Shown: positions 51,389 through 63,958, numbered from the whole stretch's first letter. The stretch is 63,958 bases of DNA, filler included, from Dimorphilus gyrociliatus (GCA_904063045.1; 4 parts of 4 records of this genome joined end to end with filler, not necessarily neighbours in it); one strand, 5' to 3'. The notes: generated by a model not told the origin, from the sequence alone. Numbers and translations: made by a program.

Positions 51389-53174
51389 TGTTAGGATAAA
51401 TTAAGTACATAAAAAAAATTAGGTACATAAAAAAATCCTATTAAATTACCATAAAATTGTTTTTTTTTAATTATTTTAACCCCTATTTTGTTCATTTTGG
51501 TAAGGATAAATTAGGTACATGGTAAATTGGTAGGGTTTTTTCTATCCCCCCATAAAAATTAAATAGAGTTTTTTACCATAAATTTTTTTTTTGTCTCCAT
51601 CGAAAAAATTAGGTACATAAAAAATTTTTGAGGGTAATTTAATAACATTTTTGAAAAAAATTGGATAAAACTATTTTATTCGATGAATTGTTTTAAAACA
51701 TATCTAGTTGCAATTTTCATATTATTATTCTCATCCTTTATTGTTATTCTATTATCATTATGAATTGATATAACAGTGTATATTTCATCATAATATAATG
51801 ATGTCAATGGATATCTTCTAGTATTGACATTATTATCGAAGTCTTTGGCTAATAAGTATTTTCTCCCCACTACTACTTGGTTGCTATCGTTTGCTCTTGC
51901 ATTGTATTCATTAATATAACTACTTACATATTTTATATAATTATTTCTTGCTTCCTGAAGTGAGAGAATGACGTTATTATTATAATTATTGGGATCTACA
52001 TTACGGAATAACACAAAGGGCTTAAAACCTGTAGCACTATGCTTGCTATTGTTGTACTGATATACTACATCCTCATGAACCCTAATCCAGTTTACTTCAC
52101 CTCTTAAAGCCTTTCTCATCCTGCTTTTTAGTGTTCTATTAAATCTTTCGACAACTCCCTGTGATTGTGGATGTCGAGGCCGGCCAGTTACATGCTCAAT
52201 ATTAAACATACTACATATGTTTCTGATTCTTTGGTTAATAAATTCTCTCCCGTTATCTGTATGGAGAGTTTTCCACGGCCTTCTGAATAAAATAAACTTC
52301 TTAAAATTTCTGCTACAGATTCTGAGCTTTTATCATATAACTTAAAACTGAATGCAAACTTCGAAAAACAATCTATTAAGTTTAAAACATATCTATAATT
52401 ATCATTAAATTCAGCATATGTACTCAGATCTATAATGTCGGCCTGTAAACGTTCATGTATATTATATATAAGAATAGGTGTTATAGGTCTTGTGATATTG
52501 ATTGTATTTTCTCTTTGACAGCCCTCACATGAAGTAATATATGATGTAATATCGTTTACTTTTATATTTATATAAAGATTGTCAATGATTCCCTTGATCT
52601 TATTAGCACAGATATAACTTGGTAAATGAGCCTCCTTGATTATATTCTTTTTCTCTACATGCTCAAAATCACAGATATATCTCTTTCTGACTCGATTTTG
52701 TTCAACATAAAGTGTTGAGTTACTATAAAAAAACCTTCCTGCTTTCTTGATAAACTGTCTTTTACGTTCGCCTTTAAGCTCGCGTGGTATAACTTTATCA
52801 ACAACGTATGATATTATCTCATTTTTCTCATTTATATTCGAAATAACTGGAATCATGGCCATGGGTGGTACAGAATTTATCGAATAAAATAGTTTTATCC
52901 AATTTTTTTCAAAAATGTTATTAAATTACCCTCAAAAATTTTTTATGTACCTAATTTTTTCGATGGAGACAAAAAAAAAATTTATGGTAAAAAACTCTAT
53001 TTAATTTTTATGGGGGGATAGAAAAAACCCTACCAATTTACCATGTACCTAATTTATCCTTACCAAAATGAACAAAATAGGGGTTAAAATAATTAAAAAA
53101 AAACAATTTTATGGTAATTTAATAGGATTTTTTTATGTACCTAATTTTTTTTATGTACTTAATTTATCCTAACA
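51389..53174 (-). mobile_element. Young Ginger2/TDD-like integrase DNA transposon, 296-bp TIRs, 5-bp TSD TTTAT
   Basis: TIRs 51389-51684 and 52879-53174 look identical by eye, with termini TGTTAGG...CCTAACA and TTTAT on both flanks. The interior is almost entirely the integrase ORF. Confidence 0.93.
51676..52862 (-). CDS. rve-type integrase/transposase (H2C2-like zinc finger + DDE core), one -1 frameshift at ~52275
   Basis: ORFs 52188-52862 and 51676-52209. Adding one C (GGCCG to GGCCCG) joins LFYSEG-PWKTLHTDNGREF...GRPRHPQSQGVVERFNRTLK. Also CEGCQR, LQADIID and DCFSKF. Confidence 0.9.
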
Positions 53175-54211
53175 TTTATTAATAGTTTTTATTTTGCAGA
53201 AAAATATATCAAATTATAAAACTAGAGTAAGAATTATTAATAATAAAGATGAGAAAGTAGTACATAAAAATAGGTTAAAAGGTTATAATCTATTGGAATA
53301 GTTTTTAATTTCCCTATTTAATTAGTACAACAAAATGATACGAAAGGTGGTACATTAGTAAAAAATTATAGATTTTATAGTAACTCTCATATACATTAAT
53401 AAGTGATTGTGGTAAAATAAACAACAAAGATAGAAATAATAAATTTATTTTTATAAATTCAATAGAAAACAAAAGTATTAAGTTATTTATAATCATTATT
53501 TATTTGAGAAGTATTTCTGTTTTTGCTGCTATGAATAAGAATAGGTACATAGAATGTTTGTTTAAATAATAAATACTTAAAAAAAATATCAGGAGACTTA
53601 AATATGAAATATTTATAAGAAAATTGATTATAAAATACCTTCCACCATATTCATCCTTTCATGAGTCTCATAGAAAATTTTTATTCAGTTTGTTAATCAA
53701 CTGAACAAGTTTATCTTACCAATGTGACTTATTATATAACAAATCAACGATTTATAATAAAAATGGTTAATTTGCTATTTTACTTTTATACTAAATTTAA
53801 TATAAAAAAATATTTTTCTACAGTTTTATGTCAAATTAACAGAGTTTCTATATGTTAAATAATAACAATAATAAAATATTATACTTTTACAAAGACAATG
53901 TTAAATTACTTCAGCTGACTAAAAACAATGTTCTTTAACTTCAGCTGACTAAAAAGATAGTTTATAAAATTTACATTAAAACTTTTTTTTAATAAAATAT
54001 TGATTTTTATAAACTTATAAAAACACAGCTAAGTAGAAAATATAACCAATAGAACTATTGATAGAAATATATTTAATATAATTTTACCATCTGTTTATAA
54101 AAAAATAAAAGAGAATAGTTTATTTAGAAGAGACTCAAAAGATAATTAATTTAATAAACCTTAGAAAAAAATATTTCTTTTAGTTGGATATTTGAAATTC
54201 AAAAGGTTGTA

Positions 54212-55926
54212 TTATTTTCTAATAACTAAAACTCCTTGTTTTTCTAAATTTTTAATCTCTTCAAAGTGTAAATTATTATATTTAAGAGTTAACGGCAAAT
54301 ATACTTTAGATAAATATTTGTAATTTTTAAGAAACTCAAAATCTTTTACTTCAAAATCGTAGCCACTTAAATCAAGAATTTTTAAGAAAAAGAGAGATTT
54401 TAGGTATTTAAAACTGGAATATAAACTATGAAATCGAGGAAATACTAACTTTTTAATATTCTTACACCCTCCTATACCAATTAAATCACTTTTATCAATA
54501 TTGATATACCTAAAAGACTTAACTGCTCTAAATACTTCAATCTGTCTATATTTGCAAGACATCCTTCTTTTAACTCACAACGGTCTAAAATAAGAACTTT
54601 AAGATTAGGTAAGCATGAAAAAATAGAGTTCATATCCTCCTTTACTAGTCCCTTACTATATGATAATTCTAATTTATTAACCGTACTGTTATAAGAAGTG
54701 AATTGAAATGCACCGCAGAGAATAAAACTTTGTTTTATAACTATCGTTGTTAACTTTGGTAGTTCAAAAATTGATGTAATATCTGTTGCACCTAAATGGT
54801 TATATTCGGTTATAGTAAGTGTTTCCAGCTCTTTTAATTGATTTATACTTTCTAATGCTCCATTGTTACACACACAATTACCTAAGCTAAGTACTTTAAG
54901 TGATGATATCTTCCATAAAAATTGTAAATTATCATTAGTTAGATCAAAATTTCCAGTTAAGTCTAATGATGTAATACTATAAATTTGTAATTGATTTGCT
55001 AGATCAGCTCTCAATTTACATCCAAATAAATCCAATTCTTTTAGATTTTTCACCCCATTTAACATTTTTATACCAGACTCAGCAAGGTTTTGATTGGATC
55101 CTAAATCTAAAATTTCTAGTTTTTCAGATAGCTTATACTTACCTAAAAGACTTATATCAAAGTTTGAAGTATTCAGTTTTAGCGATTTAAGGTTGTCTAG
55201 CTTTGATATTCATATTATATCATCGTTATTTAACATTCTGTTTTCAGCCAAGTTCAACTTTTGTAGCTTTGATAAACAAAAAATGTTTTTTAAAGACCCG
55301 GGAGACAGATTTGAATTTTCTAAGTTTAACGAAATTAAATTTGTTAATTGAAGTATAGAATTGATATGCTCAACACTAATATCAGTATAAGTAAGGTCAA
55401 GTTCTTGTAAATTTTTAAGTTTATAAATGCCTATAAAATTGTCAGTCATATGTCTAAACCCTGTGAGAACTAGTCGTTTCAAATCTTTCAAATTAAATAT
55501 ACAGTCTATTTCTTCACCTGTGATATCACATCTTTCAATTTCAAGCATTTCCAGTCCTTTAATCTTGGATACCAACTTTAATGAATTCTCTGGTAAATCA
55601 CATCCACTAATCTTGAGCTGTTTCAATGTTTCTAAAGTAGATATAGATTCTAATTCAATTTGATAGATCGTATTCTCCATACAATACAACTTTATAAGAT
55701 TTTTACAGCTTTTTATATCATATAATGGTATTTTATATTTATATGTAAAGTTTGAAACGTCAAGTTCTGATAGGTTTTGAAGACTGTAAATTTGATTGAA
55801 TAGAGTTTTTATTTGAGGAGAATCTATGTTTTCTTCACTTTCAGTATCTGTAGATGTACTAGGCCATGCTTTTATAGATAAAAAGAGCTGAATTGTAATT
55901 TTTAAGAGTAATAAGTTTTTTAACAT
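54212..55926 (-). pseudogene. Signal-peptide LRR protein (microsporidian secreted LRR type), apparently disabled
   Basis: MLKNLLLLKITIQLFLSIKAW signal, then LxxLxxLdL repeats. In-frame TGA at 55210-55212 (ORFs 55210-55926 and 54481-55065 share a frame and the LRRs continue across it) and a 2-bp AT insertion at ~54506. Confidence 0.8.
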
Positions 55927-57599
55927 TTGGAATTTTTTTATTTTTCGTTTTAAATAATAAAATTGATGTGATTGACATTAAGTTTACTAAATAAAGTATA
56001 AAAGGCGTAATTAGGAATCTTTTATTGCTATTTTACAATATAAGAAATTTGAAAAACGGTTTTTAAAAACTGTCAAAAAAAAATAAAAACTAAAAAAATT
56101 CATTGGTAGATTCTAATTACATTAAATAAGTAAAAAACATTCTATTAATTAATAAGTTTATAAACTCTTTTAATAAAATTTATTTATAGCATATTAACAT
56201 TTTATAATATAATTTATAAACTTAAATAGTATATTAAGTATCTTTCAGTGTTGTTTTAGTATTTTTTAGAGTGGTTATTAAATTAAACAATAAATAAATA
56301 ATGATTTTGAAATACTCGAATCGTTTTTTAACTACTATTTTTGTCTCTTCTAATTTTAATATAAACAATGCTTAATTGTTTATGAATTGACAACCAAGAT
56401 AAATAAAACTTAGTACTAAGACAGTTAATATGATATAAATATTCTATAATTTATGTATTTTTTTAATTCTATATTTGTATTCAATACTTTAAATCATTGT
56501 AAATCTGTATTTCAAATATTGTAAAATCTGTATTCCATTTTAGTTTTTTAAAATATTATATTCTATCTAACTTTACATCTATTTTTTATAGAAAGAAGTA
56601 ATTCAATAAATTTGATTTGTAAAAATCCATATTTAATGAAAATTTTAAGTTCTGATTCAGTATTAAATATATTAGACTTTCTTAAAAGTGGGAGAAAAAT
56701 TTTATTGTTTTGTTCTATACAGGCACTTCCAAAGTGGTCTAAAATTCATAAGCTTATGATGACTGTTTAATATAAATTAATAAAAATAATGAAACGAAAA
56801 TTTGGTACTGATTTAATTTTTAAAGACCGTATGTTTTATTTTGATAACTATACATTAAAGGAATCCTCTATGCATCCCAATGAAGTATTAGCTTGGTATT
56901 ATAAAATTTCCTATTTTATAGACAATCTAAAAGTCATACGATGTTGGATAAAATATAGAAATTTTGATAGTACAGAATTTAATCATAATATACGTAATAA
57001 AGACCGTAGATGTTAAAAATGTTCTTATAGTTTTTTTGCTGTGTTAATAGAAATACTAATGAGATTATATTAAAATTTGAATTGGAGTTTAAAACAATAC
57101 AGAGTATTAAACAACTTAGATCAACCTTTCAAAAAAAAGTATTCATTAAGTGATGTTGATGAATTTAGATTACCGTATTTTATATTTTTCTACTTTTTAG
57201 ATATTATCAAAAGTTTTTATATTAAAAAAATATATAAATTAATTACCGAAGAAATATAAAATAGATAAGTTCGTATGAAGATATTTTAAGAAATCAATCA
57301 AAAGGTACTTATTTAGAAATTCTTAAAATGATAAACGAATGATGATTTTTAATATTAAATTTATTTATGAGATTGAAATAAGACAACACTATATTTAAAT
57401 GGCTAGGACTACATAAGAAAAGGATGACCTTTTAAATTTATAGTTAAGTTTAAAAGAATATTTATGAAATACGTTTTAGTAGAATTTAATATATTAAAGT
57501 ATCAATTTACAGTCTAAAGAATCAAAAATTCCTCAGATTTAGATTATTCAATAAACCTTTTTATAATATTTGTATTTATTATTGATAATGATAGTTGTA

Positions 57600-57699
57600 N
57601 NNNNNNNNNNNNNNNNNNNNNNNNNNNNNNNNNNNNNNNNNNNTTAATTAATTAANNNNNNNNNNNNNNNNNNNNNNNNNNNNNNNNNNNNNNNNNNNN
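57600..57699. other. Artificial contig spacer
   Basis: N44-TTAATTAATTAA-N44. Confidence 0.98.
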
Positions 57700-58039
57700 C
57701 AAATGAAGCAAAAGATATGGCACTGTTATAAGATCTAATATATTTTTTAAAGTTTTTGTGGTCTTTATTTTTTTTATTTGTTAACAGATCTTTTAGATAT
57801 ACAGGATAATCTGCTCTACTTTGAATGTTTACTTTACCACCATGGCAACAGCTTTTGAATATTTTGTTAGTAGTTCTTTCATCTTCAAAGTTTAAAGAAT
57901 TACAGAAACTACATATTTTGTCCATTCTTCCACAGTAGTGTTCTTGGACTTTATTTCATGTTATTAATCACATTTTCAGTGATTTTTTTAATTTTAAAAA
58001 TAACTTTAAGAGGTGATGATTTGCTATCATTCATGCATA
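57700..58039 (-). mobile_element. Helitron 5' end, second copy (zinc-finger N-terminus)
   Basis: MDKICSFCNSLNFEDE....FKSCCHGGKV...YPVYLKDLL...FKKYIRSYNSAISFASF. Highly similar to 1250-1581; similarity stops sharply at ...TCATGCATA. Confidence 0.88.
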
Positions 58040-59010
58040 GAAAGCATGGATCAGCCTCTTTTTTAACAAAAAGGTTATTTTTAAAAATGACTTTATTTTT
58101 GTTTATAGCACAACTACAAACAGATTTGGAATGACCACCATTAGTAATATGATGATCAATATTTGATGAAACATTTTTGTGTCTGCATCAGAAAGTTTTA
58201 ACTTTAAATTAAGAAGCTTATTATTTTTTTTAGAAAACATATGGGTGTTTTAAAATGATTTTATTTATATATTATTTTTTTCTAGAAAATTCGTTTCCAT
58301 ATTTGGAAGTATAAATAGCTCTTTTAATATTTACCAAATTAGGTATGCATTTAATTAACAAAAATTATTCATAGTTTTATTTACGTTTGTTGTAATAAAA
58401 TTGTCTTCATAAATGATGTTTATATGTTTTATGAATTTATTTGAAAAATTATACTTTATTAAGTTGAAAGATAAACAACCAAGAGTTTTAAAATTTAAAG
58501 ATAAACAATATACATGTTTTACAGAAGTCTAAGTCGTATTTTTAGAGATTTAAGATTTTGATTTCTACCCCCAATTTTGTCTTTTTATATATATGATTAT
58601 TTTTTTATTTAGTATTGTATATTAATTTACTATACTATAAATTGTATTATATTAATTTAGTATTTCATATTAATTTAGTATTAAAGTAATTTTAAAAATA
58701 TTTGAATAATCAAAAAAATATACAAATATAACCAAAAATCTTGTTTTCTTTGATTATATTAATTAAATCATATTTTATATTATATTATTGTATTTCAGTT
58801 AAGAATTGGTAAAAAAAGAGTCTAAAAAATTTAATTCTATACTAAAACGTAAACTTATAACAAATTTACTGTATTTTCAATCCTTCTTTTTTTCAAAACA
58901 GAATAAATTTTATTAGGTTTAGTAAAACTGCTTTTTTAAAACAAAATAGTTTAAAGATAAAATGTTTCATAATTTTATAAAATTTACAACTCAATCTTTT
59001 AACAAACCCC

Positions 59011-59862
59011 ATGAAAAATGAAGAAAATATTAAAAAAGAGAAGAATTTATTCGATTTCATTGAAAAAGTTGATAATAGTGTTTGTATTCTTGATTTAAAT
59101 AATCCTGAGGTTATTAAATACTTAGTAAGAGATGTTAAAGGTGCTTGTATAGGTACAAGTGATGAAGAAGCTTCAAAGGTTGACTTACTTTCAATTTTCA
59201 ACCAAAGCTTAGATACCTCAATAGATAGAAACTTAGAACTTACATCAGACAATAGAGCTTCTAGGTACTTCGCAGATAATAGGATCTGTTTTAACTGTGG
59301 TAAAATAGGACATGTAGATAGGAAATGTCCAAGTAGGAATGTCAAAACTTGTATTCTTTGTTCTGGACATGATCATACGAAGGGTAGTTGTCCACAAATA
59401 GTATGTCTTAGGTGTGGTATGTGTGGTCATAGAATTAAAGATTGTAAAATTCTTTACAAATCTCTTGATAATAACAACAAAATAAACAAAGTTGACAACG
59501 GTTTGAGATTCAAAATGTGTAATAAATGTCCTAATGAACATTCTATGTTTGATTGTCCTAGAAAGTGGAGAGTTTATTTGACTAGTTCACTTGAAAATCT
59601 TGAAATGAACAGAATTAGAAAAATATGTGTTAATTGTTTCTCAGATGACCACTTTTTAGATGATTGTTATAAACATAGACACTCAAAGACTTCTATATTT
59701 TGTAATTCATTCTATAAATATATCAAAAAAATACATGGCACGAAAAGAAAAGAGGACTACTTTGAAAAACTTTATAAAATAAGAGAAAATCTTAAAAGGG
59801 AAGAAAGAAGAAAAAATAAGTTTAAGATATCAAAAAATAGAAATAGAAGAAATAAAAAATAA
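59011..59862 (+). CDS. AIR1: AIR1/AIR2 (ZCCHC7)-like multi-zinc-knuckle TRAMP subunit
   Basis: Five CX2CX3-4HX4C knuckles, with CPRKWRVY (Air1/2 CP.IWR.Y) and HFLDDC (HFGDDC) hallmarks; CCC before the ATG. Confidence 0.75.
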   Translation: MKNEENIKKEKNLFDFIEKVDNSVCILDLNNPEVIKYLVRDVKGACIGTSDEEASKVDLLSIFNQSLDTSIDRNLELTSDNRASRYFADNRICFNCGKIGHVDRKCPSRNVKTCILCSGHDHTKGSCPQIVCLRCGMCGHRIKDCKILYKSLDNNNKINKVDNGLRFKMCNKCPNEHSMFDCPRKWRVYLTSSLENLEMNRIRKICVNCFSDDHFLDDCYKHRHSKTSIFCNSFYKYIKKIHGTKRKEDYFEKLYKIRENLKREERRKNKFKISKNRNRRNKK

Positions 59863-60365
59863 TACTTATTCAATTTTTTTTTTCAAATATTTTGTATATA
59901 AAATTTAGACTATATTTTTAAAAAATACGGTTTTGTAGTTTTTTAATAGAAAAACTAAATTCTGTTCTAATTTTTGTTATTTTTTATTTTGGAAGTCATT
60001 TTTAAAAGCTATGAGACTAGATTAAAATATTTTTGAATTGACATATCATAAAATAACCCGAAACAAATTTCATTGCGGATTTGTTTAATTCAAATGCAAA
60101 TGATTAACTTTAGATAGGTAAAAGGAAAATTAGGTTCCCTTTCACATTAAAAATTATATTTGTCGTTGAATAAGCATATCCTATATCGAATTACATCATT
60201 ATTAAGAGTCTAGTTTCATTTAAATTGTTTCAATTTAGTTTTACATATTAAGTTTTAGTTTTTATCACTTTTAGATAGCTTATCATTTTTTTTTATTTGT
60301 TGCTTTTCGAGTAAAACTGTTAGTGTCTCAGTTACGGTTTATAAGAACATTTTTTGACAAATTCT

Positions 60366-62937
60366 ATGGACTTTTTAAAATGTAAAAGATTTATACACTC
60401 AAATATTTTAGCGTTTTTGTTATTGTATAGTTGTAGAAAGCGTACTCATGTTGCCCATAATAATAGTAGATTAACTCATGGACATAATGAAGGAAGAGAA
60501 CATGCAAAAGGAAGCCACCATTCTGGATTTAAACATGGACATAGATACGGAAGAAATGGTGTATATGCTGATGCAGACCAACATTTATCTCATGGAAAAA
60601 CAGGCCATTTTGGTAGTATAGATGGTCATGGAGAAGGAAGTTTCCCATTTGGAAGAAACACAGGACATTCAAGTAGACATGGAGGTCTAGGCGCTGGACA
60701 CAGTAGAGCACATCATAAGGGCGCAGCAGCCAAAGCTGCAGGTCAAGGTGCAGCAATTGCAGCCAAGGAAGCCGGTGCTAATGATGCAGAAGCAGCAGCA
60801 GTTGGTCATGCTGCCTCCAATGCTGCAATAAGAGATATGGAGGCAGGCAGTGCAGCAGGGAATGATCCTTTTGCATACGGTAGACACAAACTCAAGAACT
60901 TAGATCTCTTCGGTCTTGGTCCAACAAGCCTTAATAGTCTATATAAAGGACCAGGCGGAAAATCAGCACAAGCTGCAGCAAATAGAGCATTGCTAAATGG
61001 AACTCCAATAGATTTTAATATGTATTATGATGGTACTCCAAAAGATTTAAGGCACAATAAAGGTGCTAGAAACTATATGGATATATTAGCCGATAAAGCT
61101 GCAGCAGGCCATCCAGCTGCTTTAAAAATTGAAGATGAACTTTCAAAAAGAAACCTTGGAGTTGGAGGTGACGGAGCTTATGATATTTGGCCGAAAGCTT
61201 TATTAATGGTGGCCCACGAGGACAAATGAGAGCAATGAATGAACTAAAGAACCTAGACAAGGATTCTAGACTCGCAATAGCACAACAGGAAGCACTCACA
61301 TATAGTGGAAGACCAACTGATGAACTGGTAAAAATTAGTCTCTAATTTAGGTCCTGATGGAGATAGACCTAGCGTATTTGGAAAGTTTACACCTGAAGAA
61401 AATTGATAGACTTATGCGACTTGCAGAAGATCCAAACTCACCTATTCATAAAAAATCATTGATTTTAGACGAAGACTTAAAACATGAAACTGAAAACTTC
61501 CCTAAATACACAGCAGAAATTGGAGAGAGAGCAGAAAATGAATTTAGAGCTAACCATCCTGAAGCATCACCTTCTCAAGCAAAGCAATATGCATCAGAAA
61601 AAATAAAAGAAGCAGAAAAGAAAGTATCAGATTTGATAGCTGCTAAAAAAGATAGATTAAGATTAGCCAGAGATTCAGAGGCTGTTGAGGAAGTTGCAGA
61701 AAAAGCAGAAGAAGAGTATTTAGCAAATCACCCAGGTGCACTTCTATCCGAAGCTAAAACATATGCAGCTGACAAAGCAAGTTTAAAACAGCAAGAATTA
61801 GATAAATTAAGAAGTAGAGACAAGAAAGAAGAATTAGAAGGACAGAAGGCTTATAAGAGTGCAAGAGATATTGGTCTTCCACACGCAAAGGCCAGTGAAA
61901 TTGGTAAAGACGTAAACAGATGCCGAAAGAGCAGCTCATAATTTCACAAGATGTTACATATAATGATGCAATTACAAATGGATTGACACCCCTGAAGCAG
62001 ATAAGTTAGCAAAAGCAGTAGGGGATTTAGAAAAACTCAAGAAGGATCCAAGACTAACACCTCGAACACCAGAGGAAGAATTAAGAAAAAATATTCTTAT
62101 GGAAAGATTATCAACTTATATTAAATGGGCCCGTCGATCCATTACATCCATTAAATGACCCAAATCATCCCCTTAATAATCCATTACATCCATTAAATGA
62201 TCCGAATCACCCAGCTAACAATCCACTACATCCATTAAACGACCATTAAATCCTTTAAACCCACTAAAACGATCCACTTCATCCAAGTATATTTTACCAA
62301 GTGATCTTAAACCAATAAATTCATTATCTGAAAGTGAAACTAAAATTAGAAGTGCTCTATCCAAGATAGGTCCAGATGGTTTACCTAAAGCCCCTATAAT
62401 ATCTCCATTTGAGAAGAATAAGGCACTTGAACAATTTTGCAAGACAAACTTGATTCATTGATCAATAAAATTCCGCCATCCATTTTAGATCGTTACCTGC
62501 AATAGAAAAGGATCGGCTATTTGACATCCTTAAAGGTGATGTTTTACAAGATGCAGCAGAGACTAAAGCAGCAGTCCCACTTCCTAAATTATCATTAGTC
62601 GAAAAGGATGAAATAGTAGATAAAATAGTTACAAGTTTGACATCTCCAGATCCAGTAGAAAGAGAATCAGCACGTACAATAATGGAAGAATTTATTAATA
62701 GAGATGTTGTAACACAAATTAATGAAAAAGATCCTCTTGTAAAAGAACTTAGAAAGCAAGAAGTTCAGGAAGAAATCTTAGGAGATTAATAGAAGAGGTA
62801 TTACTTGCAGAAGAATAAAACCATCAACTGAACTAAATAAAGAGAATCTTAAAAGAATTGAAGAAATTAGAAGGAGAATGACTACACCTACAACACCAGA
62901 AAAAGAGGAAATAAGAAGACAGTATATTAAAGAAGAA
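60366..62937 (+). CDS. PTP3: Probable polar tube protein 3, broken by several single-base indels; C-terminus missing
   Basis: His/Gly-rich N-terminus and Ala-rich block, then NDPFAYGRHKL...SLYKGPGG...TPIDFNMYYDGTPKDLRHNKGARNYMDIL..KAAAGHP, which resembles the PTP3 core as I recall it (not searched). ORFs 60354-61229, 61357-61941 and the intervening frames join after correcting homopolymer indels. Confidence 0.65.
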
Positions 62938-63958
62938 CATAAATAATGCTTCATAAGAAATTGGTTTTTTAAGCTTTTCCGCTTCTTCTTTAATATACTG
63001 TCTTCTTATTTCCTCTTTTTCTGGTGTTGTAGGTGTAGTCATTCTCCTTCTAATTTCTTCAATTCTTTTAAGATTCTCTTTATTTAGTTCAGTTGATGGT
63101 TTTATTCTTCCTGCAAGTAATACCTCTTCTATTAAATCTCCTAAGATTTCTTCCTGAACTTCTTGCTTTCTAAGTTCTTTTACAAGAGGATCTTTTTCAT
63201 TAATTTGTGTTACAACATCTCTATTAATAAATTCTTCCATTATTGTACGTGCTGATTCTCTTTCTACTGGATCTGGAGATGTCAAACTTGTAACTATTTT
63301 ATCTACTATTTCATCCTTTTCGACTAATGATAATTTAGGAAGTGGGACTGCTGCTTTAGTCTCTGCTGCATCTTGTAAAACATCACCTTTAAGGATGTCA
63401 AATAGCCGATCCTTTTCTATTGCAGGTAAACGATCTAAAATGGATGGCGGAATTTTATTGATCAATGAATCAAGTTTGTCTTGCAAAATTGGTTCAAGTG
63501 CCTTATTCTTCTCAAATGGAGATATTATAGGGGCTTTAGGTAAACCATCTGGACCTATCTTGGATAGAGCACTTCTAATTTTAGTTTCACTTTCAGATAA
63601 TGAATTTATTGGTTTAAGATCACTTGGTAAAATATTACTTGGATGAAGTGGATCGTTTAGTGGGTTTAAAGGATTTAATGGGTCGTTTAATGGATGTAGT
63701 GGATTGTTAGCTGGGTGATTCGGATCATTTAATGGATGTAATGGATTATTAAGGGGATGATTTGGGTCATTTAATGGATGTAATGGATCGACGGGCCCAT
63801 TAATATAAGTTGATAATCTTTCCATAAGAATATTTTTTCTTAATTCTTCCTCTGGTGTTCGAGGTGTTAGTCTTGGATCCTTCTTGAGTTTTTCTAAATC
63901 CCCTACTGCTTTTGCTAACTTATCTGCTTCAGGCGGTGTCAATCCATTTGTAATTGCA
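61967..63958. repeat. Fold-back inverted duplication (~970-bp arms, 45-nt loop)
   Basis: 61967-62937 is the reverse complement of 62983-63958 apart from ~10 single-base indels. ORF 62833-63942(-) is the cleaner reading of the same PTP3-like segment. Confidence 0.95.

Noticed and set aside
8586-55212. TGA at likely Trp positions (8587 in Tc1, 17845 in Merlin, 55210 in the LRR gene), suggesting TGA=Trp recoding
   Set aside because: Intact genes use TGG for Trp with no in-frame TGA (Hsp90, AIR1). Other relics show TGG to TAG and TCA to TGA/TAA. Ordinary AT-biased decay explains it.
56789-57259. Short ORFs near the end of segment C
   Set aside because: No recognisable domain; within the range expected by chance or from a decayed gene.

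Overview
This is not one continuous locus. Three identical 100-bp artificial spacers (N44-TTAATTAATTAA-N44, at 18838-18937, 47225-47324 and 57600-57699) join four independent AT-rich eukaryotic sequences. Segments A (1-18837), C (47325-57599) and D (57700-63958) look microsporidian: intronless genes with a CCC motif just before the ATG (Hsp90, an AIR1/2-type zinc-knuckle gene), a probable polar tube protein 3 and a secreted LRR pseudogene. Shared Helitron (A/D) and Ginger-like (A/C) families link them. Segment A is largely decayed transposons (Helitron, IS630/Tc1, Merlin, MULE, Ginger-like, RLE non-LTR, MITEs) around one divergent forkhead ORF. Segment C holds a near-intact Ginger2/TDD-like DNA transposon with 296-bp TIRs and a 5-bp TSD. 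Segment B (18938-47224) is metazoan-like, with short GT-AG introns and three mosaic genes: a secreted C-type lectin/PAN/discoidin-repeat protein, a GRL101-type LGR with SRCR/CTL/LDLa/LRR ectodomain, and a ~1,930-aa RING-LRR-(ZU5/UPA-like)-caspase fusion. That fusion, resembling a single-chain PIDDosome with an E3 ligase, is the best candidate for an undescribed system. The last 2 kb is a fold-back inverted duplication, probably an artifact. Homopolymer indels are frequent, so frameshifts cannot be assumed to be real. All domain calls come from manual motif recognition; no database searches were run.
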